NCBI RefSeq assembly: GCF_011386835.1
Contig: NC_088796.1
Coordinates: 82,832,001-82,896,000, forward strand
DNA: 64,000 nt
Direction of reading: 5' to 3'
Source of the DNA: Chrysemys picta bellii
Lineage: Eukaryota
A program made the position numbers and the translations under genes. Under the pieces are notes generated by a model. That model was given only the letters and a program-made list of their open reading frames with translations. It made no database searches and was not told the origin of the DNA. Below, one piece after another: positions 36,245-47,543 of the stretch (positions are counted from its first letter, which is position 1; every line of letters begins with the position of its first letter).

Positions 36245-36285
36245 GCATCTGAAGAAGTGAGGTTCTTATCCATGAAAGCTTATGC
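36245..36285 (+). ncRNA. Minimal type I hammerhead ribozyme motif with canonical core (copy G, right arm)
   Basis: Reads GCAU CUGAAGA A GUGAGGU-UCUU-AUCCAU GAAA GCUU AUGC. Confidence 0.75.
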
Positions 36286-37247
36286 TCCCAATACTTCTGT
36301 TAGTCTTAAAGGTGCCACAGGTCCTCTGTTACCTGTCTTGCTGCATATTAACAAAACAACAGCCAATTAATGATGGATAGGCTGTGGGGCTAATGTAGGA
36401 TAGTTGGCACATTATCTTAACTATACTAAGATTTTTTAAAAAAATTCCAAATGTATATTTATATGAAATTGTATATATTTGATAGTATTTCCAACCCTTT
36501 CTTGTGTCACTCGTCTTTTTAGATTTTAGACTCTTTGTGATAGGCAACTGCATTGCATCTTCAGGGTAATGGGACCCTGATCCTGGCTGAGGCCCCTGGG
36601 TGTAACTGTAATACAAATATTTCTTAATAATAACTAGCTTGACTTATAGGATTTTTCCATTGTGGCAAAAGTGAGGACACTTATCCATTCAAAACTGGAT
36701 CAAGACCAAAAACTCATTTCCCCGAGGTCACTAAACAAGTCCTATTTTCAAAAATGCCTACATCATGTATACACATTCGATATTTTTACACCGGGACAAC
36801 TTCATACTGGCAAGCTAGTCATGGAAGGCTCTATACCTACTGCCATGACTTTGAGTCATCCATTCCCCCAATTAAGCAGTATTCTTAAATCATTTAGATA
36901 TTGCTGGATGAGTTTGTAGTACATTTAGCCATGAACACGGTACAATTTTAAGATATTTATTAGATTATAAAAACCTGATATGTCTAAAGGTTTCCAATGT
37001 GCAGCAATTGTATATACTATATTAGAAGTGATGCATTGTTTGTATGAGTACAATTATTTTAAATAGATTATTTAAATAATTTGCCATTTATTCTGAAAGG
37101 AGATGTTTCTCTCAGTGTATGTTCTCAGGAGACTTGTCAGAGCTGATGTAGGTTAATTTTCCTTGCCTGTATTCCAGGATGGTAAGTTTTCATGCATGAT
37201 AATCCTTTGGTGGAGATGGGGAGCCCATTATTTTATTTGATGAATAC

Positions 37248-37266
37248 TGTTGCCCCCTGGAGGGCA
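37248..37266 (-). promoter_or_regulatory. Candidate CTCF-binding motif
   Basis: The minus strand TGCCCTCCAGGGGGCAACA closely matches the CTCF core (TGGCCACCAGGGGGCGCTA). It sits in AT-rich non-repeat DNA. Confidence 0.4.
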
Positions 37267-38909
37267 ATTCTCAATTATCACAATATCAGAGTGAAACTTA
37301 AATTAAAACTTAGAAATGTTCTCTATTATAAACAAAATATCCCCTTTGGCAATTAAAAATATTGTGATTTTAATTAAAAGGGCTTATGAGCTTAGAAATA
37401 ACTGATTTCTTACTATGCTAATTATTTTTTGTACATTTGCTGTCTGGATTTGCAAATTACTTGACAGTAAAATTTAATTGCTTTTTAAGGGATCTGAATA
37501 TTTAATTTATGCTTAGTACTTGGGAAAACAGAGGGTTTTTTGAACAGTGTAGCTAATCAAAGTAGTAAGTGTGAGTGTATCCACATGCACTATGGGTGTG
37601 TTCTTGCATAACACCAGTGTTGCACACGTAGATGTGAGGAAATGGGATGAGCAAGACAGAGAGATCAGGGCAGCCCAGGATAAATGACAGTACTATTGTG
37701 TAACTACTAAGTTATTCCTGACTGGTAGGAGGATGAAGGCCAAAGGGAACATGTAGCTAATCACCTTGCTTTCATGCTGAGGATCATACTTAATTCTGTC
37801 TCTCCTCAGATGCCCGTTTAAAACCCCATTCCCATCTCTTTTCCAGCATGTGTTCTTGTGATTAGGAACAGCATTATACTTTTTACGGAAAGGACATAGA
37901 AATGGGTGCTGTGAAGGAGCAACTTATGGTTGTATTGAGGGAGGAGAAATATACTACATATGTTAAAAATGTGGATCCTTCTCCCACCTCCTCCTATCCC
38001 TGGGGTGAAATCATGGCTACACAAAACTCCCACTGATTTCAGTGGGGCCAGAATTTCACCTCCAGTTTCCAATTTTGATGCCTAGATACTAATGTGCATT
38101 AGGAATGTCTAAGAGAAGCCATCATAGGTCACTAGTTCAAATTGGCCGCAGATCATTTTCACCATGGCTCCCTAGCATTCTGGATCAAATTTGAACTAGT
38201 GACCTAATTCCACAGCTCATTTCTAATGCCCCTACTCATGCAGCGAGATACTCCTCAATGTGTGTAAGGGTGGCAGAATCTAGCACTAAATATTTAGTTA
38301 TTGAAAGCATCACTGGTATAAATTAAATTGTACAGTGCTAATTTGTATGCATATTTATTTGTATATGTTGCAATTCCTCCCTTAGTTTACACCAGTAATT
38401 TGAGTAGTGCCTCTCTACAAATACTGTAGCTCTTAGTCTTCTTCTCACACTCCCAGTGTTGCTCCCTGTTGGGTATATACCTTACTACCGACACTCTTTT
38501 TGTGTGGGATGTTGAAGATTAGCTCTCTGTGTTCCTTCTCCGGGCTTTCTGACACAAAGACCATTACAATTCTAGGGGTTTATTGTGATTGTGAGGAAAT
38601 CAAATGTGTTCTAGTCCAAGGAGGATCAGGACTAATTTTTTCCTATCTTTTGTATGCAGGTCTGATAATATAGGGAAATGCTTCACGTATTAATTTCCTG
38701 TTTGCCCTCAGATTCACGTTGTGGGTAATTACTAGAAGCATGCACCAGATAAAAGTAAGGCCATCCTGTTCTGAACCATCCCTTCAGGGTGGTTTGTTCG
38801 ACCAATCTACTGACCTCATGATGCAGACAGACTGACAGTCCTCTGAGGTGGTATATTAAGGACCGTCTCTTTTCCTTCAAGTGCTGTTTTTTATTTGAAA
38901 ACCCTAGAA

Positions 38910-39571
38910 CAGCTGTTTCCATATGGTGGGTCCCAACCCACCAGTGGATCATGGGAAGTTTCTAGATAGGTTGCCACATCCAGGGCCTGATGAATCTGAA
39001 CCCTGGCCTAGCAGAGATACAATTCTCCTGGCTCAGTGCAGAGTGGATGCCCCAGGGCAGGTTGGGGTGGGGGTAGAGAGCAAGCCTGTCATGCAATTAC
39101 CCTGCAGTGCATGTCCTATCCTTCCTGCTCCGAGTGTTGTGACCTGGTGTGCAGGGTCACAGTGTTACTCAGGTTCGGCATGGCTGCCTTTCCACCAAAT
39201 CTGAGTGAGTGGCATTGCAACCCCATGCATCAGGTCACCAGGCAACTCAGTTAAATTCAGCCTGGCCCTCCTCCATCATGACAGAGGGATGGCTGGGCCT
39301 GACCTGAGCGATGCTGTGACCCCTTACATCAGGTTGGAATGCCTGGAGTGGGGAGAAGGGCCCAGCCTTGCAGGACAGGAGATGCTGTTGCGGAGTGAGT
39401 TCAGGGTGGACTTGCTCTCCAAAGCCCCTCCCCCTCAGAACCTGCCCTCTGCACTGGGCAGGGATTAGGGTTGTTGTGTTGGAGTGGAAGGTGCATATAT
39501 GTAATGGTGGATCACAAAAAAGACACACGGCAGTTGGTGGGTTGCCTTAGAAAAAAGTTTGGGAACCACTG
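38910..39571. mobile_element. hAT-Charlie-type non-autonomous element
   Basis: Termini CAGCTGTTTCC / GGGAACCACTG and a perfect 8-bp TSD CCCTAGAA (38902-38909, 39572-39579). Confidence 0.85.
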
Positions 39572-40503
39572 CCCTAGAATCCCTCTATCTCTGGTTCTTC
39601 ATTTTCCTCCTCCATCCAGTTTGCATTCCATCCTAGCTCTTCAAGTGATTCACGTTAATGTGTGTAACCTGTATGCAGAGCTTTAGCCAGGAATGAGTGC
39701 ATGCTGAATTTCAATGGTCCTCAAAGGAAGCTGAGTGACCACCATAAAATCCCTGAAAAGCAGAAAACTCAGTGTCTGTTAGAAATTGCAGTCACATGCT
39801 TATTGTAGCTGTTCTCTGTCAGAAAGATCAGTGCCACACCCTATATATTCAGGTTTTAGAACAATTTATTTACTGTAATATTAATTAAAGTGGTTTCCTG
39901 TGTCAAGGATTAAATACAATTCTCATCCAATTCTTAGCTCAGAAACCAGGAATGTGTAGTTGAGCCACTCACAATACGTACCCTAACTAACGAAAAGGAT
40001 TAATTTCAGTCCCGGGATCTTTTTGCTCTGCAGCATAACTCGGCTGAGTCACTACACAGCAGGATATATAATTTTCTTGAGGACACACTAATGGCTTTAG
40101 TCATATCATATAGGATAATATGCACACACACATCACTTCATTTATATAGGTAACACATGACGTAAAGATGGAGTTCATGCAGCAACATGTAAACCTGTGC
40201 AAACTCTACTGTTCCTTCCAACATTCTAGCTTTACAAATAGTGACAAATGCAGTCCAGTGAAAAGCATTTCACCTACAGTTGTGCTAGAGACTCCAGTTG
40301 CGACCATGTTTGGTTTTCAGGGAAATATTAAGCCTGCATAAAACCTGAGTTCTGACATTAATGCACAGAAAGTAGTTTAGGACTGGCAGTCTATTCAGGA
40401 AAGAAGCTGAAGGAGTATTACAAAGGTCAAGGCTGAACTACAGTGACAAAGCTATGTGTGTAGCATTGGACTGTTCAGCTAAAACTTGAACACTAAAGTG
40501 ATA

Positions 40504-40692
40504 CACCGCTACCTCGATATAACGGCACCCGATATAAAACGAATTCGGATATAACACAGTAAAGCAGTGCTTGGGGGGTGGGGGAGCCGTGCACTCTGGT
40601 GGATCAAAGCAAGTTCAATATAATGCGGTTTCACCTATAATACGGTAAGATTTTTTGGCTCCTGAGGACAGCGTTATATGGAGGTAGAGGTG
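40504..40692. mobile_element. Tc1/mariner (Tigger-like) MITE
   Basis: TIRs CACCGCTACCTCGATATAAC / GTTATATGGAGGTAGAGGTG, flanked by TA on both sides. Confidence 0.82.
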
Positions 40693-40724
40693 TATATCTA
40701 AAATAATACTTAACCCTCATACAG

Positions 40725-40890
40725 CTCTTTTCATCCAGAGATCTCAAAGCACTTGACAAAAGTGGATGACCATTATGGTCCCAATGGGGAAACTGAGGAA
40801 CAGAGGTGAGGTAGTTTGCCCAAGGTTACATACCAAGCCAATAGCACAGCCAGGTATATAACCCAGGTCTTCTGACTCCTCGTGAGCTGT
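40725..40890 (-). mobile_element. MIR/CORE-SINE
   Basis: Contains atgggggaaactgaggaacagaggtgaggtagtttgcccaaggttacatac..gaacccaggtcttctgactcc-like sequence. Confidence 0.6.
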
Positions 40891-42566
40891 CCCTTATGTT
40901 ATATCACATTGCTTCCCTAGGTATGTAAGAAGTTGTTTATAGTACATTACTTAAATATTGGTTAATCTTATTTTCAAAATAACATTGCTTTAGAAAGCGG
41001 GTGAAAATGTTCATTTCTCTTTCAAATTTCTATTAAATCCTCCAATTTAAGAATGAACTGTTCACTTTGGTCACCAGGAAGGCTTAGGCTGGCCATATCA
41101 ATATTAGCTGGGTAATCTTCCTACTTTCCGATTCCTTTCTGACCACAAATTGTGTACTCAAATAGGCCTTAAAGCAGCATGAAAAGCAAAACCTGTTTCT
41201 TCTTCATTCCGCGTGGTATTTACAGTTTTGGATATGAACAAAGCGTGTTCCAAAAAAGCGTTAATTGTCGTCAGTTACAAATACCACAGCAGGAAGGAGA
41301 ACTAGCTGTTTCTTTTGTTTGTAATGAAGGGCGAGCAGAGCCACAAACGGAAGATTTAATGAGAAAAAGAATTTGTAAATAATAGAGAGGAGGAATTCTA
41401 AATTGAAATAACCACATGCTGACCGCAGTACTAGCCTGAAATGCATTGTTGAGGTGATGTACGGTTCACATGAGGTGAGCTCTGTTTTGTCTACTGCTGC
41501 AAATAGATGGGTGGAAAAATGTAACTGGTATGTATGTGCACAGAGGAATCTAGCAAGGCACTGTAAAAATTATCAGTCCTTTAGCATTATTCCTCCTTCC
41601 CTCCCCTTCCAGGTACAATTTTTTAAAGGATTTGCTGACCCTGAACATACTGAACAAAGTGCATCAGTAATCCCTCCCTCAACAGAGCTGAAAGACTATA
41701 CACTGCAGTATATGGTTGCAGTCCTCCTATCACAAGGGCTAATCTTCTCCTACAAACAGCCCTGAAGCCCCTGTGCAACTATTCAGGTCTAAGTTACTAA
41801 GGCTGACCGCAGACAAACCACACAGGACCCATGGAAGGGGACAAAGACTTCCAATAAATTTCCGGTGGTTTGATGTAACAGCTGCTTCAGTGCATAATAC
41901 CATTAAACTTCAACCACATAGGTTACTGATTTTTTTTAAGATTACTTAATAGGCAGGTAATATAATTTCTGGTATAGTTTCCAGCGATAGATTTTTGCAT
42001 AACAACATTTAAAAGAATCAGAAGCAAAGGGAAAATTTCTACCCTCATCAACACTGATATAAATCCAGAGTAATTCCACTAACTTCAGCTAAATTGCTTT
42101 GGATTTGCATTGGTATAACTGAGAGCAAAATTATCTGATCTTTTTTTAATGTTACAAACATCTATGGTAAAGTATCAAAAAGATCTTTAAAAATGTGCCC
42201 AAATTAGCCTTGTTTCTCTCGTTCTCTACATAACAATAAGGAAGAAACTTATTTTCTCAATTGTTTTGAAACCAAGTATGCTTCCGAATTACTGTTATGG
42301 AAAAGTGTTTATGGTTTAAACCATTGGGATCATTGATGTATAAATATTAAGTGTTGAACTCCCCACAGACATAATTAAAGACCCAATGCAGTAGCCACAT
42401 CCAGAGTTGTTAAGGATATTATGTGGATTAAATCACTCTCCTTTGTATGGCAGCTGAAGCTCTGAGATTCCTTTGGTTGTAGAGCAGCTTCATTAAGGGA
42501 GGATATATGTCCAGGCTGACCTTTCCAGACTGTTATCTCCATGAGTAGCCTTGTTCTAAGACTACA

Positions 42567-42822
42567 GGTATGTCTACATTTAAAATGCTACAGTGGCACT
42601 GCTGCAGCGCTATAGTGCTTCAGAGTAGATACTACTACGCCAACAGGAGGGGTTCCTACGCCAACAGGCGGTAGCTAGGTCAACAGAAGAATTCTTCCGT
42701 CGACCTAGCGCTGTCTACATGGGGATTTAGGTCATCTTAACTATGCCCCCCAAGGATGTGGGTTTTTCACACTCCTCAGAGACACAGCTATGCTGATATA
42801 ACTTGTCAGTGTAGATCAGCCC
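42567..42822. mobile_element. Harbinger-like MITE
   Basis: Termini ggtatgtctaca / agtgtagatcagccc followed by TAA, with an internal ctgtctacat repeat. Confidence 0.6.
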
Positions 42823-43014
42823 TAAGGGTTTGCCTTGTGTAAAACTCAGGGGACTGAATAAGAAAGAGGACCCTGTGTGTTAAGTAGTGGCGCTTATGGA
42901 AGGCAGAGACAGAGGTGCAAGATAACTGCTTCAGGGGATAGGGCAGAGGTTCCTTGTCAAAGGGCTGGCCAAAGGCACAGTGGGTGTTGTTAATCCACTT
43001 CCCCAAGAAGTGGT

Positions 43015-43241
43015 AGCCATGTCTACGGCGAACCGCGGCCAGTGGGAGCTGCGATCGGCTGAACCTGTGGACACGACACGTAAACAAATTGGCCCGGCCC
43101 GCCAGGATGCTTACCCTTGCGGGCCATGTGCCAAAAGTTGCCGATCCCTGGTGTATTGCTATGTTGCTTGGGGGGAGTGTATTTTTCATATCCCTGAGCA
43201 ACATAGTTATACTGATATGAGTCTGTAGTATAGACCTGGCC
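43015..43241. mobile_element. Harbinger-like MITE carrying a truncated hAT MITE fragment (43026-43150)
   Basis: Termini gccatgtctac / tagtatagacctggcc+TAA. The internal CpG-rich segment ends in gccaaaagttgccgatccctg, a hAT-like TIR. Confidence 0.55.
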
Positions 43242-46200
43242 TAAGCTACTCCAAGAAGGGAATTTCCCATGCACCATCTGTTATCATCCCGTTCCAGGGA
43301 ACAGGATTTGTGAACATTCTTAAATTAACAAATGACATTAAGAAACTATGTGACTCCACATCACTGATTTCTCTTCCAAACAGGAAACTGATCTTGAGGC
43401 CCTCAAATTCTGCCTCTGCTCAGTAAATAGGCAACGTTATTTAAAAAGAAATATTTTCCTGGGCCAGACTTTAAGCTGTTCCTTCATGTATTTGTTGTTC
43501 CGAGTGGTGTGGCTAATGCTATTAGGCAGAGATCTTCAATTCAACTGTCATTATTATAATGAGCCATTTGATGTCTTTACCTGACTCTAACAGTTTAAAA
43601 TGCTGTCTGTGTCCTATTGAGCAAGTGTGGCAGGAACTGAATGTGAAAGGTGTTTTATCATGAAACACAGTAGGTTAATTAGAAAACTTCATACATTAAT
43701 AGTGAACCTAATTAATTTCACTCTTTTGAAGAGAGCACTGATTACATTTAGAAAATGTCTGATATCCCCAATAGCAAATTAAAGGTAATTTAACACAAGG
43801 TCACTATAGTTTGCAAAGTAACATGGCTGCAATGCATTATGCTGACATCTGAGACTGTTGGCTGGGATTTGGGAGTGGCATGGCATGGCGGTGAAGGGCT
43901 TATTCACTACAGTGCAGCCTTGTTCCTCTGGATGAAGTATTTGTATTTCCAGAGTGTAGCAACTTGCATGGAATTCGGAGGGAGGAGTACAGGTTGCATG
44001 AGGGGGAAGAGTTTGAAGGAACCATCAGGAAATCTGTCTGTGTGCACATGGCTGGAATTGTTGCTGCAGTTGCAGCATTTCTGTAGTTTTACACTTCTAC
44101 CCTTCAGTTCATGGGAAATAATGTACACTGCAAGTGATTGACTTATTCAATTTATAAGCAAGAAAAATATAACTAATCTTGCAAACACTTAAGCACAGGC
44201 AGAAGTTTGCTCATGTGAGCAGACCTGTTCACTTCAATGAGCCTGCTCAAAATAGCAGAGTTATGCAGACGCATAAGTATTTACAATATAGGCCCTATAG
44301 TAAATGAGGCAGGGGGTCCCATTTCTCAGACCTCCCTTTTTCACTCTGCCAGTGGAAATAGGAGGTATGGGAAGAATTCCTTCAGTGGGCCTCGGTGGGA
44401 GATCTGTGATGGAACCAGCAGCGGATGGCAGGATTCCCCTGCATTGAAGCAACTGTATAAATGCTCATGATAGAGAGGTCAGTCTGATTCAGACCTCACT
44501 GCTTCAGAAGCCTCAAGTTATATCAGCACCATATAGGTGCATACAGGGTCTGTGTGGTTCTTAGATATTTCTGCTGCCCTGCCATCCTAAACCCACAGAT
44601 GCAGAGATTACATGTATTACTGCCCCTGCCGGCAGGCACATTTTTGTGCATCGTGATGTCAGTGCATATACCTGAGGAGCTGGCCCTTTAACTTTTCAAA
44701 GAGAATCTTAAAGTCATTTTGCAGGTTATTTTTTAAGTAATAAGTGATTTAGTTTTCAGCTGTTGTGATTTAGTTTTATATTTAGATATGATTTTCCATG
44801 ACTTTAATGATCTGAAGTCTTTTAAGGCTGTGTTTTTAAGTAAGGTGACTAGAATGCTGGCAAGAGAGGTGCTGTATATATAAATTATATTACTGTTCCA
44901 TTGTTTTGTAGGTAAGAGTTCAACAGCATCTGTGTGAGTTGCTGGGGCTTTTGTTGCTAATTTCCATTCTTGTGGCTAAATCTATCTGCATCACAATGTT
45001 TTTGTTCCACTTGTATCAAATCACAATAATTATTTATTTGAAAACCTGGACTGAGCTATTTTTAGAGCAGTGTTTTTCATTCATAGTATCTAAAAATATA
45101 ATCATTCTGTATCCTTATAGGAAGTACGGTACTGACTGATATCATGCTTAGCTGAAGACACATTATAGGGAATTGCTGAGGCCTATTCAAGTAGCCATAA
45201 CATCCTTGTGAAATCATCCACTGAAATCTCTCTCTAGAGGAGGCTAATGTGGCGTTAGAGATTTAGTCTGACTTTTGTTTAAACATATTTGTATAAAAGA
45301 ATACAGAAACCAAGCATGGAGGTACTTGGGGCCAAAATTGTCTCAACTGAAAAAGTGGAACTTTAACAGTCTACACCAGCGGAGAATCTGCCCCTTGGCC
45401 TTTATACATGTATTTAAGTGGAATAAGGGACAAACTGAATGTACTCAGAAAAATGAGCTTGCCCCTGAATGTTTGAAGGCCTGATGGCTAGAGTGATTGT
45501 TTTTGTTTCCAACTGCCTGCCCCGTCATTAGGTGGACCATGCTGATTCCTATCATTCCATGGAAATACCATACAGACGTCTCCCAAAAATGTTACTTCTG
45601 AGAATGATGCACTTCACAGGAATTGTGGCATTGGAATGTTATGTGGAGGGATTAGACATACCAAATGTTTTCCAAGTAGTTAGGTGGGTAGCACTTTATT
45701 CTAGTACCTTAATCATTTTATCACTTCATGAGATTTTCAAAAGTGTTCAGTGTTGGCCTAAGTCTGCTGTCAATGGAGTTTTACCGTTGAATTCAGTTAG
45801 GCTGTCACTTTTGAAAATCCCACCCCTGAATGCCCACAAGCCAGGCACTGATCATTCCCGGGCTACCCGTGTGTTTGCCCTTGCTGGCAGAGTTGGGCGA
45901 TGCTTGAAGAGCTCTTTTGCTGATGCCATCTGAGCAGCTCATCCCTGCCCCCGCTGTGCCAGCTGTGAGGATTGGAGGGGCTGAGTATATTGCCAAGACA
46001 AGCCCTGCTGACTTAGAGCCTCCAGCAGCAACAGATTTTAGTCCATGTAGTGGAACCTGAAGGGGAATTCTAGATGTTACTGCCCATCCTGTCAGGGATT
46101 TACTGTTACTGGCACTTTTTGCACATGTGATGAAGCAGAGGGCTCTGCCAGCTTCACACACACGAGTGAATTTGGATCCAAGAAAACTATTTAGTATGTA

Positions 46201-47487
46201 GTTTTTAATCCAAAATCAGAATTTAGAATCCATTTTTGGATTTGGAGATTGGCAAAAACCAAACTGATGATATTCTGCTGCTGTGCCAGGGAAAGAGGCA
46301 GTGTGCTTAATCTTATACCAGTAGGAGAGCACCAAGCCACCACCTGTGGCACTCAGTAATGTCTTGGAACATGACCAGGGTATTAATAATAGGCCAGAAG
46401 TACTGGAACTCCTCCCCATTTCCAGTGCTCACTAAGCTGCAGACTGTACAAATCCTCACTGGGTGAGGGGAAGGAGGGCTTAGTGATTATTTGTTTGTAT
46501 AGTTAGTAAACCACAACATTTGGTCACTTGCAATGAGCCTTCCGTTCATTAATACAGTTTAAAGAGGTTCTTCCATAGATTTTTAAGGCTGGAAGGGACC
46601 ATTATGATCATCTAGTCTGCCATGCATTATACAAGCCAGAGGTATACATCAAGAGCAATTCTTTTGTACTGAGATTTCTGAAATTCTTCGGGGGAAAAAT
46701 ATTCTAGAGCATTAAAATTTTCAAAGCTATTCTGTCTTCCACATGTGCACATATCTCCCATTAATATCTATAGCGTTTATGCATACATAGGTACCCATAT
46801 ATCTTGGGGCTAACCTCGGCTGCCCTTTATTCATACAAATAGTCCCACTGACATCAAGTTTGAATGCATACCATGAATAAAGCAAGAAAGATTTGGCCCC
46901 ATTTATAAATCTTGACCCCAGCTCATATATGTTTTTATGCTTTCAAGCCATGTGCAGTTATGAGTATAAAATGGCTGTGTGTGGAAAAGAAGTCCTGTTT
47001 TCCCCAAATGCCAGGTGTTTTCTCCTACCAATTAGGAGACGATGTTAGCACCACAATGAGGTTTTTAATTTAATTCAGGATGGAGGAGTTGATATAACCC
47101 CTACCCCTAAAATCTGCTACCCTCCAGCCATACCCTGACACTCCCATTGATGCTAAAGAGGACTGAAGGCCTGGATCAAAGGTAATAGGTGTCTCTAAAT
47201 ACTGAATTATTTATCTTGAAAATTGATACTAAAAATCCAAGTGTCAAAAAAGCAAAAGATACTTCAGAGGCAGAGAAGTTTATATTTATATCCTGTTTCC
47301 ATGAAGGAACCAGCGGCTGAAATTGACAGTTGAACCGTTGTGCTCACATAGAACATGTGAGTGTGTGTGTGTGTATTTCTGCTAATAAAACCAGCATTCC
47401 CCTATAATTAGGAGTAGCAGGTGGTGAGGTCCTGAGTATTATGTACCACAAGCACGGGTTCACACCTGTTCCTTTCACAAAAATAGG

Positions 47488-47499
47488 AATATATATATC

Positions 47500-47530
<31 letters not shown>

Positions 47531-47543
47531 ATATATATATATA
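47488..47543. repeat. Compound microsatellite (TA)n-(TG)n-(TA)n
   Basis: atatatatatctgtgtgtgtgtgtgtgtgtgtatgtatgtatatatatatatat. Confidence 0.9.

Larger units (their letters stand above)
36055..36330. mobile_element. Penelope-like fold-back insertion (copy G) with two oppositely oriented hammerheads
   Basis: 12-bp TSD ACCTGTCTTGCT at 36043-36054 and 36331-36342. Near-perfect ~100-bp inverted arms (36094-36195 and 36230-36330) flank an AT-rich spacer containing a duplicated caataaagatt. Confidence 0.8.

Noticed and set aside
38780-38905. Minus-strand exon FSNKKQHLKEKRRSLIYHLRGLSVCLHHE
   Set aside because: Its apparent acceptor (ctgttctag) is formed by the TSD and TIR of the adjacent hAT insertion, and the peptide is unrecognised.
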